This document shows, piece by piece, positions 1 to 6,608 of a stretch of 32,000 nt of DNA (position 1 is the stretch's first letter; each line of letters starts with the position of its first letter). The notes under the pieces were generated by a model, which saw only the letters and a list, made by a program, of their open reading frames with translations, searched no databases and was not told where the DNA came from. A program made the translations under genes and the position numbers. Where the stretch lies: positions 182,455 to 214,454 of the forward strand of contig JAZDEL010000001.1 of assembly GCA_043808785.1 (NCBI GenBank), read 5' to 3'. Origin of the DNA: Candidatus Iainarchaeum sp. (GTDB lineage Archaea > Iainarchaeota > Iainarchaeia > Iainarchaeales > JAZDEL01).

Positions 1-242
1 GTGTGCCCAAGCCTTCTGCACTCCTCGCAAACTGCGAAAGTCACGCGGTATTTTCCCGCCCTTTTTTTCCTCTTTCCCCTGAACTGCCCCGCAAGAAAAG
101 GGCTGTTATAAAACGGGTTTTCGATAACGCCGTCGACGAGATGTTTTATTCTTTCCTGCACGGCCTTTTCCAGCTTGCCAAAGTTTTTCTGGAAGACGGA
201 TGTGAACCGCGCCTCGTAATTAGCCCCCGAAGACCCTTGCAT
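1..242 (-). CDS. RelE/ParE-family toxin-like protein (partial; 3' end cut by the window edge)
   Basis: I hand-translated the minus strand from the ATG (complement of 240-242). It reads MQGSSGANYEARFTSVFQKNFGKLEKAVQERIKHLVDGVIENPFYNSPFLAGQFRGKRKKRAGKYRVTFAVCEECRRLGH and stays open to position 1. The pattern (KL..., ENP, L.G...G, R.G.YR...) resembles RelE/ParE toxins. It is missing from the ORF track because no stop codon lies inside the window. It overlaps the upstream ORF by 23 nt. Confidence 0.5.
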   Translation of the reverse strand, partial: MQGSSGANYEARFTSVFQKNFGKLEKAVQERIKHLVDGVIENPFYNSPFLAGQFRGKRKKRAGKYRVTFAVCEECRRLGH

Positions 243-885
243 ATGTCAGCGCCCTCTCCCCTTTGGCTTTGGCAGCAGCGGCTTTGAGGGATTCGCATTC
301 CTCGGCGTTCAGGTAAGTCATCAGGGTCTCAAGCCAGCCCTCGTCTATTTTAAAAATTTTCTTCGCGTTTTCCTCGGGCAGGTTAATCAGGAGCGGGGTT
401 TTTTCGGGCATTTCTCCGATAGGCAGGTCGCCGGCAGGGGTTTTTATGGTCATTGCATAGATTTCTTTTTTCAGTTCCGCCAAGTTGCGGCCGGATTCGG
501 CACGGACAACTTTCGCAATCCTTGCCATGATTTCCTTGTTATCCTCAAATACAGGCGCCATTTCCCTGAGTATTGCGTTCCCTTTGGCGGTAAGCCTGGC
601 GTTTGAAGTTATGAGCCCCTCCTCCACCAGGCCCTGGTAGTCCTCGAAGCCGAGTTCAAATGAGAACGGGCCGTAGTGGTAGCGCACAAAGGGATAGCTG
701 AACGCCTTTATCCTCTCTTTTTGCAGGCTGTGCTCTGCCTTGAATATGATTTTCACAAGCTTTGTGATGCCTTCCGCCCTTCCGTGCCTGTTCGCTTCGC
801 TAATCGAATAGAGCAAAAGCAGGTTGTCTATAGCCTTCTCCCTCGCGCTTCTGGAAGCCATTAAACCGCCCATATAGTGTTTCAA
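220..885 (-). CDS. Hypothetical protein, possible DUF4065 (SocA/GepA 'Panacea') antitoxin-like domain
   Basis: This is a 221-aa ORF. The segment ITKLVKIIFKAEH...FVRYHYGPFSFELGFEDYQGLVEEGLI resembles the KL.KLLY...YGP...L...G.I core of DUF4065. It sits directly upstream of, and overlaps, a RelE-like ORF, which is the usual antitoxin position. Confidence 0.4.
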   Translation of the reverse strand: MKHYMGGLMASRSAREKAIDNLLLLYSISEANRHGRAEGITKLVKIIFKAEHSLQKERIKAFSYPFVRYHYGPFSFELGFEDYQGLVEEGLITSNARLTAKGNAILREMAPVFEDNKEIMARIAKVVRAESGRNLAELKKEIYAMTIKTPAGDLPIGEMPEKTPLLINLPEENAKKIFKIDEGWLETLMTYLNAEECESLKAAAAKAKGERALTYARVFGG

Positions 886-888
886 CTT

Positions 889-1656
889 CTATAAAATATT
901 ATCCCTGCCGCCCCGTTTATAAATGGCTATGAGGGTGGGTTTCCAGTGCGGCGGCCCGCGCCGCGGTTTGTCGGGCAAGCAAAGCCGTTCGCAGCTGCGC
1001 GCGAGCGCACTACTTGCCTTTTTTCCCCCTTTTTCTACAAATATCCCCCTGACTGCATCATATTCATACCCTGGCATCGGAGTCGTTTTCTCGGTAAAAT
1101 ATCCCTTCTCAATCAAACTGCGGACAAAGTTGCGATATTTGGAATAGCGGGCAATTGAAGACTTCTCCTGCCCAATCTTAGTGTGCAAATGCCTCAAGGT
1201 GGCGCGCAACTTTGATGCTTCTTTCATCGGCATATCAATCAATTTTTTTTGTGCCTTGAGGTGGTAATACCCAATAACCTTCCCATAAGGGTTAATAGTC
1301 GCAATATGCCAGACGTTTATCTTTTTGCGCCTGCTCCAGGCATCTCCGACGAATGCCCTTAAATCACCGATGGAAGGTAAAGAGGAAGTGGCGATGCCGC
1401 GAAGTTCCGGCGCTAGAGCGTCCAAAACTGCCTCAGGGTGCGTATGAATATGCGATTTCTCGGTGCCTTTTTTAAACGACCTAATCCCAAACCATGGCAT
1501 TCGAAAAAGAATTCCACGGCGCATTTTGCCCGCAGTTCCCTTGTCTTTGAAGTAGGACATTTCCATAAAGTCTATGAATCGCGTTTCTTCTATCCTCTGT
1601 TTGGCGGTTTTATAGCCTGATGGCAGTCCTTTTGTCTTGCTTGCCTTTATCATCAC
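889..1656 (-). CDS. Hypothetical protein with a JAB/MPN (JAMM)-like HxH...S..D signature
   Basis: This is a 255-aa ORF. The track start is GTG at 1656; an ATG at 1653 is more likely. The motif HIHTHPE-x20-LPSIGD resembles the JAMM HxHx7Sx2D motif but with a longer spacer. A TATA-like element (complement of 1673-1683) lies about 20 nt upstream of the ATG. The stop is 3 nt before the start of the next gene. Confidence 0.45.
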   Translation of the reverse strand: MMIKASKTKGLPSGYKTAKQRIEETRFIDFMEMSYFKDKGTAGKMRRGILFRMPWFGIRSFKKGTEKSHIHTHPEAVLDALAPELRGIATSSLPSIGDLRAFVGDAWSRRKKINVWHIATINPYGKVIGYYHLKAQKKLIDMPMKEASKLRATLRHLHTKIGQEKSSIARYSKYRNFVRSLIEKGYFTEKTTPMPGYEYDAVRGIFVEKGGKKASSALARSCERLCLPDKPRRGPPHWKPTLIAIYKRGGRDNIL

Positions 1657-1698
1657 TATACATTGGGGATCGAAATATAAAAAGATTCCGCAGCGCTT

Positions 1699-1822
1699 CC
1701 CCGCGAACCCCCTCCCCTGAAAACCTTGTCATCCCCAGCCATTACCACCTCCCATTCGGGTTTTTTCTTACGCCTCGGCGTTTTCGGCTTTAAGCCTTTC
1801 CCCCTGATGGGGTCGGTGCGCC
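1699..1822. repeat. Intergenic repeat copy R1 (about 120 nt), paired with 4402-4518
   Basis: A 36-nt core, agccattaccacctcccattcgggttttttcttacg (1737-1772), is identical to 4433-4468. The flanks are similar out to about 1822 and about 4518. The left arm ccccgcgaaccc (1699-1710) is also shared. On the plus strand there is a hairpin plus T6 (cccattcggg-tttttt, 1751-1766). On the minus strand the same core reads GGGAGGTGGTAATGG, which is SD-like followed by an ATG. Confidence 0.85.
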
Positions 1823-1858
1823 TAAAGGCATTGTTCGGGCACAAACCGCCCCGATTTT

Positions 1859-2932
1859 TTACCTGCCGCCTTGGTTTCCGCGCACAGGCACGGAGCGGAC
1901 GTTCGGGAACTCGCGCAGGTCGCGAAGGACGCCTTCAACAATTTTTCGGTTGTTGGCACATGCATAAACAACATTCTGTGCCAGTTTTTTTTCGACAAAC
2001 TGCTTGTCAACTTCAAACTCTTCTGCAGTTTTTTTAGATATTTCTTTAAAAATCTCGCTTTTTTTCTTTTCGTCCAGCCAGCCGTGGGGCGTAATTCTAA
2101 GCCCTTCCTGCAAAATATTTGCGAGCCTCTTCCGCCCATATTCCCCCAATATTTTGGTAAAATCCTTGTATGGCATTTCAGAACCGTGGTCCAACCTAAG
2201 CTGTCGCGCAAAACGCTCTGTCGTGCTTTTTCCGCTGAGAAAATCAAAAGCGTGCCTTAAACGATTAAAATCCTCCCCTGCCCTATCGTATTTTTGCAGT
2301 TCATTAAACAATTCGTGGCTTACGCCATATTGCACGAATACCCTATCTTTGAACTTACCTCCCCCTTGCACACGCATCACAGGGCGCCAGCGTTTTAGTG
2401 ACTCGTGGCTTAATGGAATGTACTCTGAAATGCTTCCGACCTTTCCCGGATGTTGTGCATTGGTGGCGCCAGCAATTTCCTTCCCTTGTTGCCAATCTTT
2501 ATCACCGATTTTGACAAAAAGACCGTGGAACACCTGCACATTTGGCGGAGTTGCCTTACTGTTCTTGAGGGCTGTGTGCTGTAGGCTGAAATAGCAAAGC
2601 CTTTTCGGGTTTTTTATATCATAGAAAGTTATGTTTGTTAAGTTTCCCTTTGGCAGCTTTAACTCCGGGTGTCCGTATGCTTCCCTGAATTTCCCCCAGT
2701 ATTCCTTTGAGCGCGCGGGAATTCCGCCGCGCCTGATGCTCGGCAGCAGGAACTTTTTCACGAACTCGCTCGGCGTGGTGTGCTTCTTCATTGCCGCAAG
2801 AACCATTCTTGACATCTGCGCACCTGTTAGAATAACGGCCCCGAAGTTTAAATATTTGCCCCCTGAAGCCCCCGCGAACCCTCGCCCGCATGCCCCTGCG
2901 CCCCCATCACCTCCCCCGAAGAATTTTTTCAT
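1859..2932 (-). CDS. Hypothetical protein (no recognisable domain); the true start is probably the ATG at 2815
   Basis: This is a 357-aa track ORF. Its first 39 codons are Gly/Ala low-complexity sequence and contain a 27-nt segment identical to intergenic repeat R2. The internal ATG at 2815 is preceded by AGGTG (5-nt spacer) and by a TATA-like element (complement of 2846-2857). Confidence 0.6.
   Translation of the reverse strand: MKKFFGGGDGGAGACGRGFAGASGGKYLNFGAVILTGAQMSRMVLAAMKKHTTPSEFVKKFLLPSIRRGGIPARSKEYWGKFREAYGHPELKLPKGNLTNITFYDIKNPKRLCYFSLQHTALKNSKATPPNVQVFHGLFVKIGDKDWQQGKEIAGATNAQHPGKVGSISEYIPLSHESLKRWRPVMRVQGGGKFKDRVFVQYGVSHELFNELQKYDRAGEDFNRLRHAFDFLSGKSTTERFARQLRLDHGSEMPYKDFTKILGEYGRKRLANILQEGLRITPHGWLDEKKKSEIFKEISKKTAEEFEVDKQFVEKKLAQNVVYACANNRKIVEGVLRDLREFPNVRSVPVRGNQGGR
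2868..2894. repeat. 27-nt exact copy of the left arm of repeat R2
   Basis: The sequence gcccccgcgaaccctcgcccgcatgcc at 2868-2894 is identical to 4402-4428. Confidence 0.9.
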
Positions 2933-2959
2933 ATAGGGGGTTTTCCCGCCAAATGCAAT

Positions 2960-3373
2960 TTAATGCGCGGGAATGCCCATCTCCCGCAGCTGCTTTTTAA
3001 TAAGCTTCTTGGCAGCATCCGTAATCTCCTTCCTCGGCCCGAGTGCAGCAATATCGTATTGGCTGTTCATCTGGCTGGCTGCATTCTTTATTGCGTTTGC
3101 CCCGCCCACCTTGAGGCTTTTGAAGTGCGCATGCAATATCTGCGAGGCGGCGTTGCGGGGAATTCCCAACTGGAAGAGAACATAACCGTGATTCCTTATT
3201 TCTATGCCCGCCCTATTTGCCAGGCCGCAAAGGTTCCGCATGATGTTTTGTTTTTTCTTTTTTTTAAAGAACCTTTTTATTGCACCATTGCGCCTGACGG
3301 GCTTCGGCCTTTGTTTTCTCCTAAGAGGGCCCATGCCCCCGAAGGGGTCCATACCGCTGCGGAACTTCGGCAC
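2960..3373 (-). CDS. Hypothetical, very basic small protein
   Basis: This is a 137-aa ORF with a GTG start in the track and an alternative ATG at 3352. The N-terminal third is Lys/Arg-rich (RRKQRPKPVRRNGAIKRFFKKKKKQ). A TATA-like element (complement of 3405-3412) lies about 31 nt upstream of the GTG. Confidence 0.5.
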   Translation of the reverse strand: MPKFRSGMDPFGGMGPLRRKQRPKPVRRNGAIKRFFKKKKKQNIMRNLCGLANRAGIEIRNHGYVLFQLGIPRNAASQILHAHFKSLKVGGANAIKNAASQMNSQYDIAALGPRKEITDAAKKLIKKQLREMGIPAH

Positions 3374-3525
3374 AAAAACACCATACAGAATGTGCTCTCC
3401 ATGCTTAAATAATTTTGCCCCTGCCCTCGTCGCCCCACTGCGCTTCGATTACCCTCTCCTCGCCCATCGGAAATATACCCCCCGCGAAACCTCCCGCGCG
3501 CACTGCCGCCCCCCCCAATAATTCC

Positions 3526-4302
3526 CTACCTGCCGTTTCGCCCAACTATCAGATGGATGTTGTTGTTCGGCTCCTTGCTGTCTGTTCGCACAGCCCTGCT
3601 CTCAACGGCCTTTGCCCCGAACCTTTCCATGAGCGCGGCAATTTCAGCAGGTTTTGGCGGGCGCGTACGGTATTCCGGGCGATAAACAATAACTATCCCG
3701 CCGCCCGGTTTCAGCCTTGAAAACATGTGGCCGAGGGCCTTTTCTGCATCTTTCACATGGTGAAACGACTCGTTGGAAATTATCAGGTCAACCGATTTTT
3801 CTTTCAGGGGGGATTCCTCGAATGTGCCGGGCACAACGGAAACTTTTTTGCGCCCCCTGGGCCCCAGTATGTTGAGCGCAACCCTCGGCACCTGTTTCGC
3901 CATCTCGCGAAGGGGCTCTACGCCGATAATTTTGCCGATATTCGGAAACTCCTTGGCAAGGAAGCATTCGTGGTGCAGGTTTCCCGCGCCGTAACTTGCG
4001 ACCGTCGCCCCCTTTGGCAGGTTTAATCTGGAAACGCCCTCAACAAGAGCCCTATGGTCAATTATATTGTCTTCCGAACTGTAAATTTTGCCGTACTTCC
4101 TCGCCATGTAGCGGAATCTTTTTCCTTCGTCCTTTCCAGCCTCTGACAGCCGCCTCAGCTTTTCCCTGCTTTTCGGATTAAGCCCGTGGTAAAAGTTGGC
4201 ATATTCATCAAAGGTCATTCTCCAGCTCGGCTTGAACCAGAGCGCAAATTGCCCCAATCTGCCTGGTTTCTGCCCGATTTTTGCCCGCGGATTTCTGCCC
4301 AT
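3526..4302 (-). CDS. Class I SAM-dependent methyltransferase-like protein
   Basis: This is a 258-aa ORF. VASYGAGNLHHE...IIGVEP...VDLIISNESFHHV...LKPGGGIVIV follows the order of methyltransferase motifs I, II and post-II, although motif I is atypical. Confidence 0.6.
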   Translation of the reverse strand: MGRNPRAKIGQKPGRLGQFALWFKPSWRMTFDEYANFYHGLNPKSREKLRRLSEAGKDEGKRFRYMARKYGKIYSSEDNIIDHRALVEGVSRLNLPKGATVASYGAGNLHHECFLAKEFPNIGKIIGVEPLREMAKQVPRVALNILGPRGRKKVSVVPGTFEESPLKEKSVDLIISNESFHHVKDAEKALGHMFSRLKPGGGIVIVYRPEYRTRPPKPAEIAALMERFGAKAVESRAVRTDSKEPNNNIHLIVGRNGR

Positions 4303-4401
4303 AACGCCACATCAGGCTATGCTGCCAATGCAATAAACGGCAATTCAAAATATAAATATTTCATTTTCTGAAACACAGGCGCCTCGGCTGAATTTAATTG
4401 T

Positions 4402-4518
4402 GCCCCCGCGAACCCTCGCCCGCATGCCTAACAGCCATTACCACCTCCCATTCGGGTTTTTTCTTACGACTCGGCGCTTCTCGGCTTAAGCATTTCCCCC
4501 GCTTGGGGTCGGCTCCGC
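4402..4518. repeat. Intergenic repeat copy R2, paired with 1699-1822
   Basis: See R1 for the shared features. The core is at 4433-4468, the plus-strand hairpin plus T6 is at 4447-4462, and the left arm with the box ccccgcgaaccc is at 4404-4415. Confidence 0.85.
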
Positions 4519-4600
4519 TGCACGCCAATTACAGCCGTTCCCGGCAAATGCTCGCCAACAGAACGGGCGCGGAAACTTATTCAAGCCGTTTTTGAACCGC

Positions 4601-5242
4601 TCAAAGCCGTACACTCTTGTTTCCGTGAATTTTCTGGTGTGCTTTATTCCACAGCAGCCACAGCAGGAGATGGGGGGCTTCGGGCGGGGCATCGCTCTGC
4701 TGCAATTTCTCAATCCACCTTTCGGCTGCCGCCTGGGAGCTTACATATGCTTCACCTGCCGTATTCCCCTTCAGCAGCGATTTGACCGCCTGATTTGACA
4801 CGTCCAGGCACGGTTTCGCAAATTCATCCCGCAGAGGGGTTGCGCTCTTCTGGGGATTAATGGGAAAGCCGAACAAATCGCAGTATCCTATGAAAGCAGC
4901 TGCTCCCGACTGCACGCAGTCCCTCCCGAGTTTTGCCGCGGAACTGCACGAGCGGCAGTAAATAACTTTGTCCTTAAGCAGCCGTTCATTTTGCCCGCTC
5001 TTTATCAGGACTTCATTCCTGTGCCCCGCGACCCAATCCTCGCCGCCGTGGCCGTTGAACATTGCCAGTTTCGGGTTTTTTCTGCCGAGAAATTTGCCAA
5101 CCTCCGCGGCGCTTGCCCTTTCCCTCCTGAACTCAAAAACAGCAAGCCCCTTCTGCTTAGCCAGCTCTATAAGTTCGCCAGCCCATGCCGAAAGGTATGC
5201 GGTAGTGTCGTCGTGTTCGGGCAGGGTAATAAAGAATTCCAC
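4601..5242 (-). CDS. Hypothetical protein with a caspase-fold (clan CD)-like His-Gly...Cys signature
   Basis: This is a 213-aa ORF. FNGHGGEDW is followed 31-34 residues later by VIYCRSCSSA. That order and spacing resemble the catalytic dyad of gingipain, legumain and caspase-like peptidases. The call rests on the motif only. Confidence 0.35.
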   Translation of the reverse strand: MEFFITLPEHDDTTAYLSAWAGELIELAKQKGLAVFEFRRERASAAEVGKFLGRKNPKLAMFNGHGGEDWVAGHRNEVLIKSGQNERLLKDKVIYCRSCSSAAKLGRDCVQSGAAAFIGYCDLFGFPINPQKSATPLRDEFAKPCLDVSNQAVKSLLKGNTAGEAYVSSQAAAERWIEKLQQSDAPPEAPHLLLWLLWNKAHQKIHGNKSVRL

Positions 5243-5252
5243 AAAATCGCCC

Positions 5253-5459
5253 CTATTTTGAGAATGAGCGCAGATAGCTTAATTGTATTTCTATTATTTT
5301 TTCCCCAATCTTGCTGCCCTGCCTTACTTCCCCGATAAGTTCTTCTTTGCTGAAGACCCCCATGCTGCCCAGCGAAATTTTCATTGTCGGCGGCATGGTT
5401 TCCAGCCTGGCAATGACCAGTTTTTTTATTTCATCCTTACTTATTGCCATTGCCGCCAC
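5253..5459 (-). CDS. Small hypothetical protein (paralog of 5437-5640)
   Basis: This is a 68-aa ORF. KEELIGEVRQGSKIGEKIIEIQLSYL aligns with VAYREIRGGTALGAKILNKLEALKI of the upstream ORF. The two ORFs overlap by 23 nt. Confidence 0.5.
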   Translation of the reverse strand: MAAMAISKDEIKKLVIARLETMPPTMKISLGSMGVFSKEELIGEVRQGSKIGEKIIEIQLSYLRSFSK

Positions 5460-5640
5460 CTATGATTTTCAGCGCCTCAAGTTTATTCAGTATTTTTGCC
5501 CCCAGCGCAGTCCCGCCCCTTATCTCCCGGTATGCCACATTCCACGTGATGGGCTCGTCATCCACAACCAAAACTATCTCTTTTCTCACATTCAAAGGGA
5601 GGTCGGCATATATCTGCATAAATCTTTCTGCAGCGCCCAT
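5437..5640 (-). CDS. Small hypothetical protein (paralog of 5253-5459)
   Basis: This is a 67-aa ORF. See the paralog entry. A TATA-like GTTTAAATAC lies on the minus strand upstream, at about 5685-5695. Confidence 0.5.
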   Translation of the reverse strand: MGAAERFMQIYADLPLNVRKEIVLVVDDEPITWNVAYREIRGGTALGAKILNKLEALKIIGGGNGNK

Positions 5641-5724
5641 TACACCACGCCCAAACGCATCACGGCAACTTATATTGATATGAAGCAGTATTTAAACCCT
5701 TTTTGCACCCGCCAGCAGGCAGGC

Positions 5725-6363
5725 TCACTTCCCCGCGTTCGCGCCCGCTGGCCATTTCTTCTTTTCCTTAAGCAGCGCGGGCGCCCCCGCGGCAATCACA
5801 TACCCTATTTCGAAGCCCGCCATTGCGACTATGTAAATATACTTCCCGAGCGCAAAGCCCGCGATTATGCACGCGAGGGGGAGCAGCAGCCTGCTCCCGA
5901 GCGCGAACTTCACAAGCGCGTTCGTTTCCTCGCCCCTCTTTTCAGCCCTATCCCCCCTGTCGCTCAGCGCCTCGTCGAGCACCGCACAAAGCAGGAATGC
6001 GGCAAAAAGCGGGAACTCGATTTCGGGAATCCCGAGGAAAGCAAGCGCGGCAATTATTGCAGCAACACCGAACTGGTGCGCCTTGTCGACCTTCCCGTAA
6101 ACGAGCACCGCAGCAACAACCGCAAGCCCCCATGTCATTGTCTCGGTTTTCAGCGAAAGCACGACCCCCAGAAGCAGCCCGTATGCAAGCGCAAGCGCGT
6201 ATGCAACCCTCGCATCCGCCTTAATCCTGCCGTCGGAAAGGTCGTCGGCAAACTTCACAAGCGCGCCCGCGATGAAGGTGAGAAGCACTATATTCGCAAA
6301 AACGAAAAAGCTGTCCGCGAGCGCGGCAAGGGAAGCGATAAAATATGCGATTGTGTATTCCAT
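5725..6363 (-). CDS. Integral membrane protein with Asp-rich motifs (possibly prenyltransferase-like)
   Basis: This is a 212-aa ORF with about 6 hydrophobic segments. It carries FADDLSDGRIKAD and LDEALSDRGD, which resemble DDxxD/DxxxD motifs. The functional assignment is weak. Confidence 0.55.
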   Translation of the reverse strand: MEYTIAYFIASLAALADSFFVFANIVLLTFIAGALVKFADDLSDGRIKADARVAYALALAYGLLLGVVLSLKTETMTWGLAVVAAVLVYGKVDKAHQFGVAAIIAALAFLGIPEIEFPLFAAFLLCAVLDEALSDRGDRAEKRGEETNALVKFALGSRLLLPLACIIAGFALGKYIYIVAMAGFEIGYVIAAGAPALLKEKKKWPAGANAGK

Positions 6364-6432
6364 CCCCGTGCCCCCTTTGCAATCCCCGTCCTTATTCCAC
6401 TATGCGCCGATTGCAATTAAAATATACCCTTT

Positions 6433-6608
6433 CCCCCGTGAGCAGGGTTCGGCGCAATTACGGCGCCCGAAGGCATGCGCAACAACCGCCCCCGTGCCCG
6501 TTCAGGGTTAGGCGCAGCCGCAACAACTCCCTTCCCACGCGCGGGGTTCCGCGCAATCACAATTGCCCCCGCACCCACGTTGCCCCCGCGCGGGTTCGGC
6601 GCAGTTAC
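6433..6608. repeat. Four degenerate direct repeats, CCCCCG[TC]G-N-GGGTT[CA][GC]GCGCA..AC
   Basis: The copies are at about 6433-6461, 6489-6521, 6534-6560 and 6583-6608. The sequence gggttcggcgca[a/g]ttac at 6445-6461 and 6592-6608 differs by 1 nt. The last copy overlaps the dys stop codon (6605-6607). Confidence 0.7.

Noticed and set aside
3-287. A 94-aa plus-strand ORF at the window start
   Set aside because: It is antisense to the better-supported RelE-like frame and to the 3' end of the Panacea-like gene.
1656-2037. Small ORFs crossing repeat R1 (62 aa on the minus strand, 103 aa on the plus strand)
   Set aside because: The minus-strand peptides of R1 and R2 are not conserved. Plus-strand similarity is confined to the identical DNA core. 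This fits nucleotide-level conservation rather than coding.
4317-4364. A 15-codon minus-strand ORF (MKYLYFELPFIALAA) 27 nt downstream of the TATA-like element next to the R2 box
   Set aside because: It is too short and unconserved within the window to call. I note it only because its spacing fits a leaderless start.
5311-6420. A 369-aa plus-strand ORF
   Set aside because: It runs antisense across two small ORFs, an intergenic promoter and the membrane-protein gene. It has no motif and a junk-like composition, whereas the minus-strand ORFs have coherent hydrophobic or paralogous patterns.
6433-6608. Possible CRISPR array
   Set aside because: The repeats are degenerate, the spacing is irregular and short (about 39-59 nt between starts), there are only four units, and no cas genes lie nearby.
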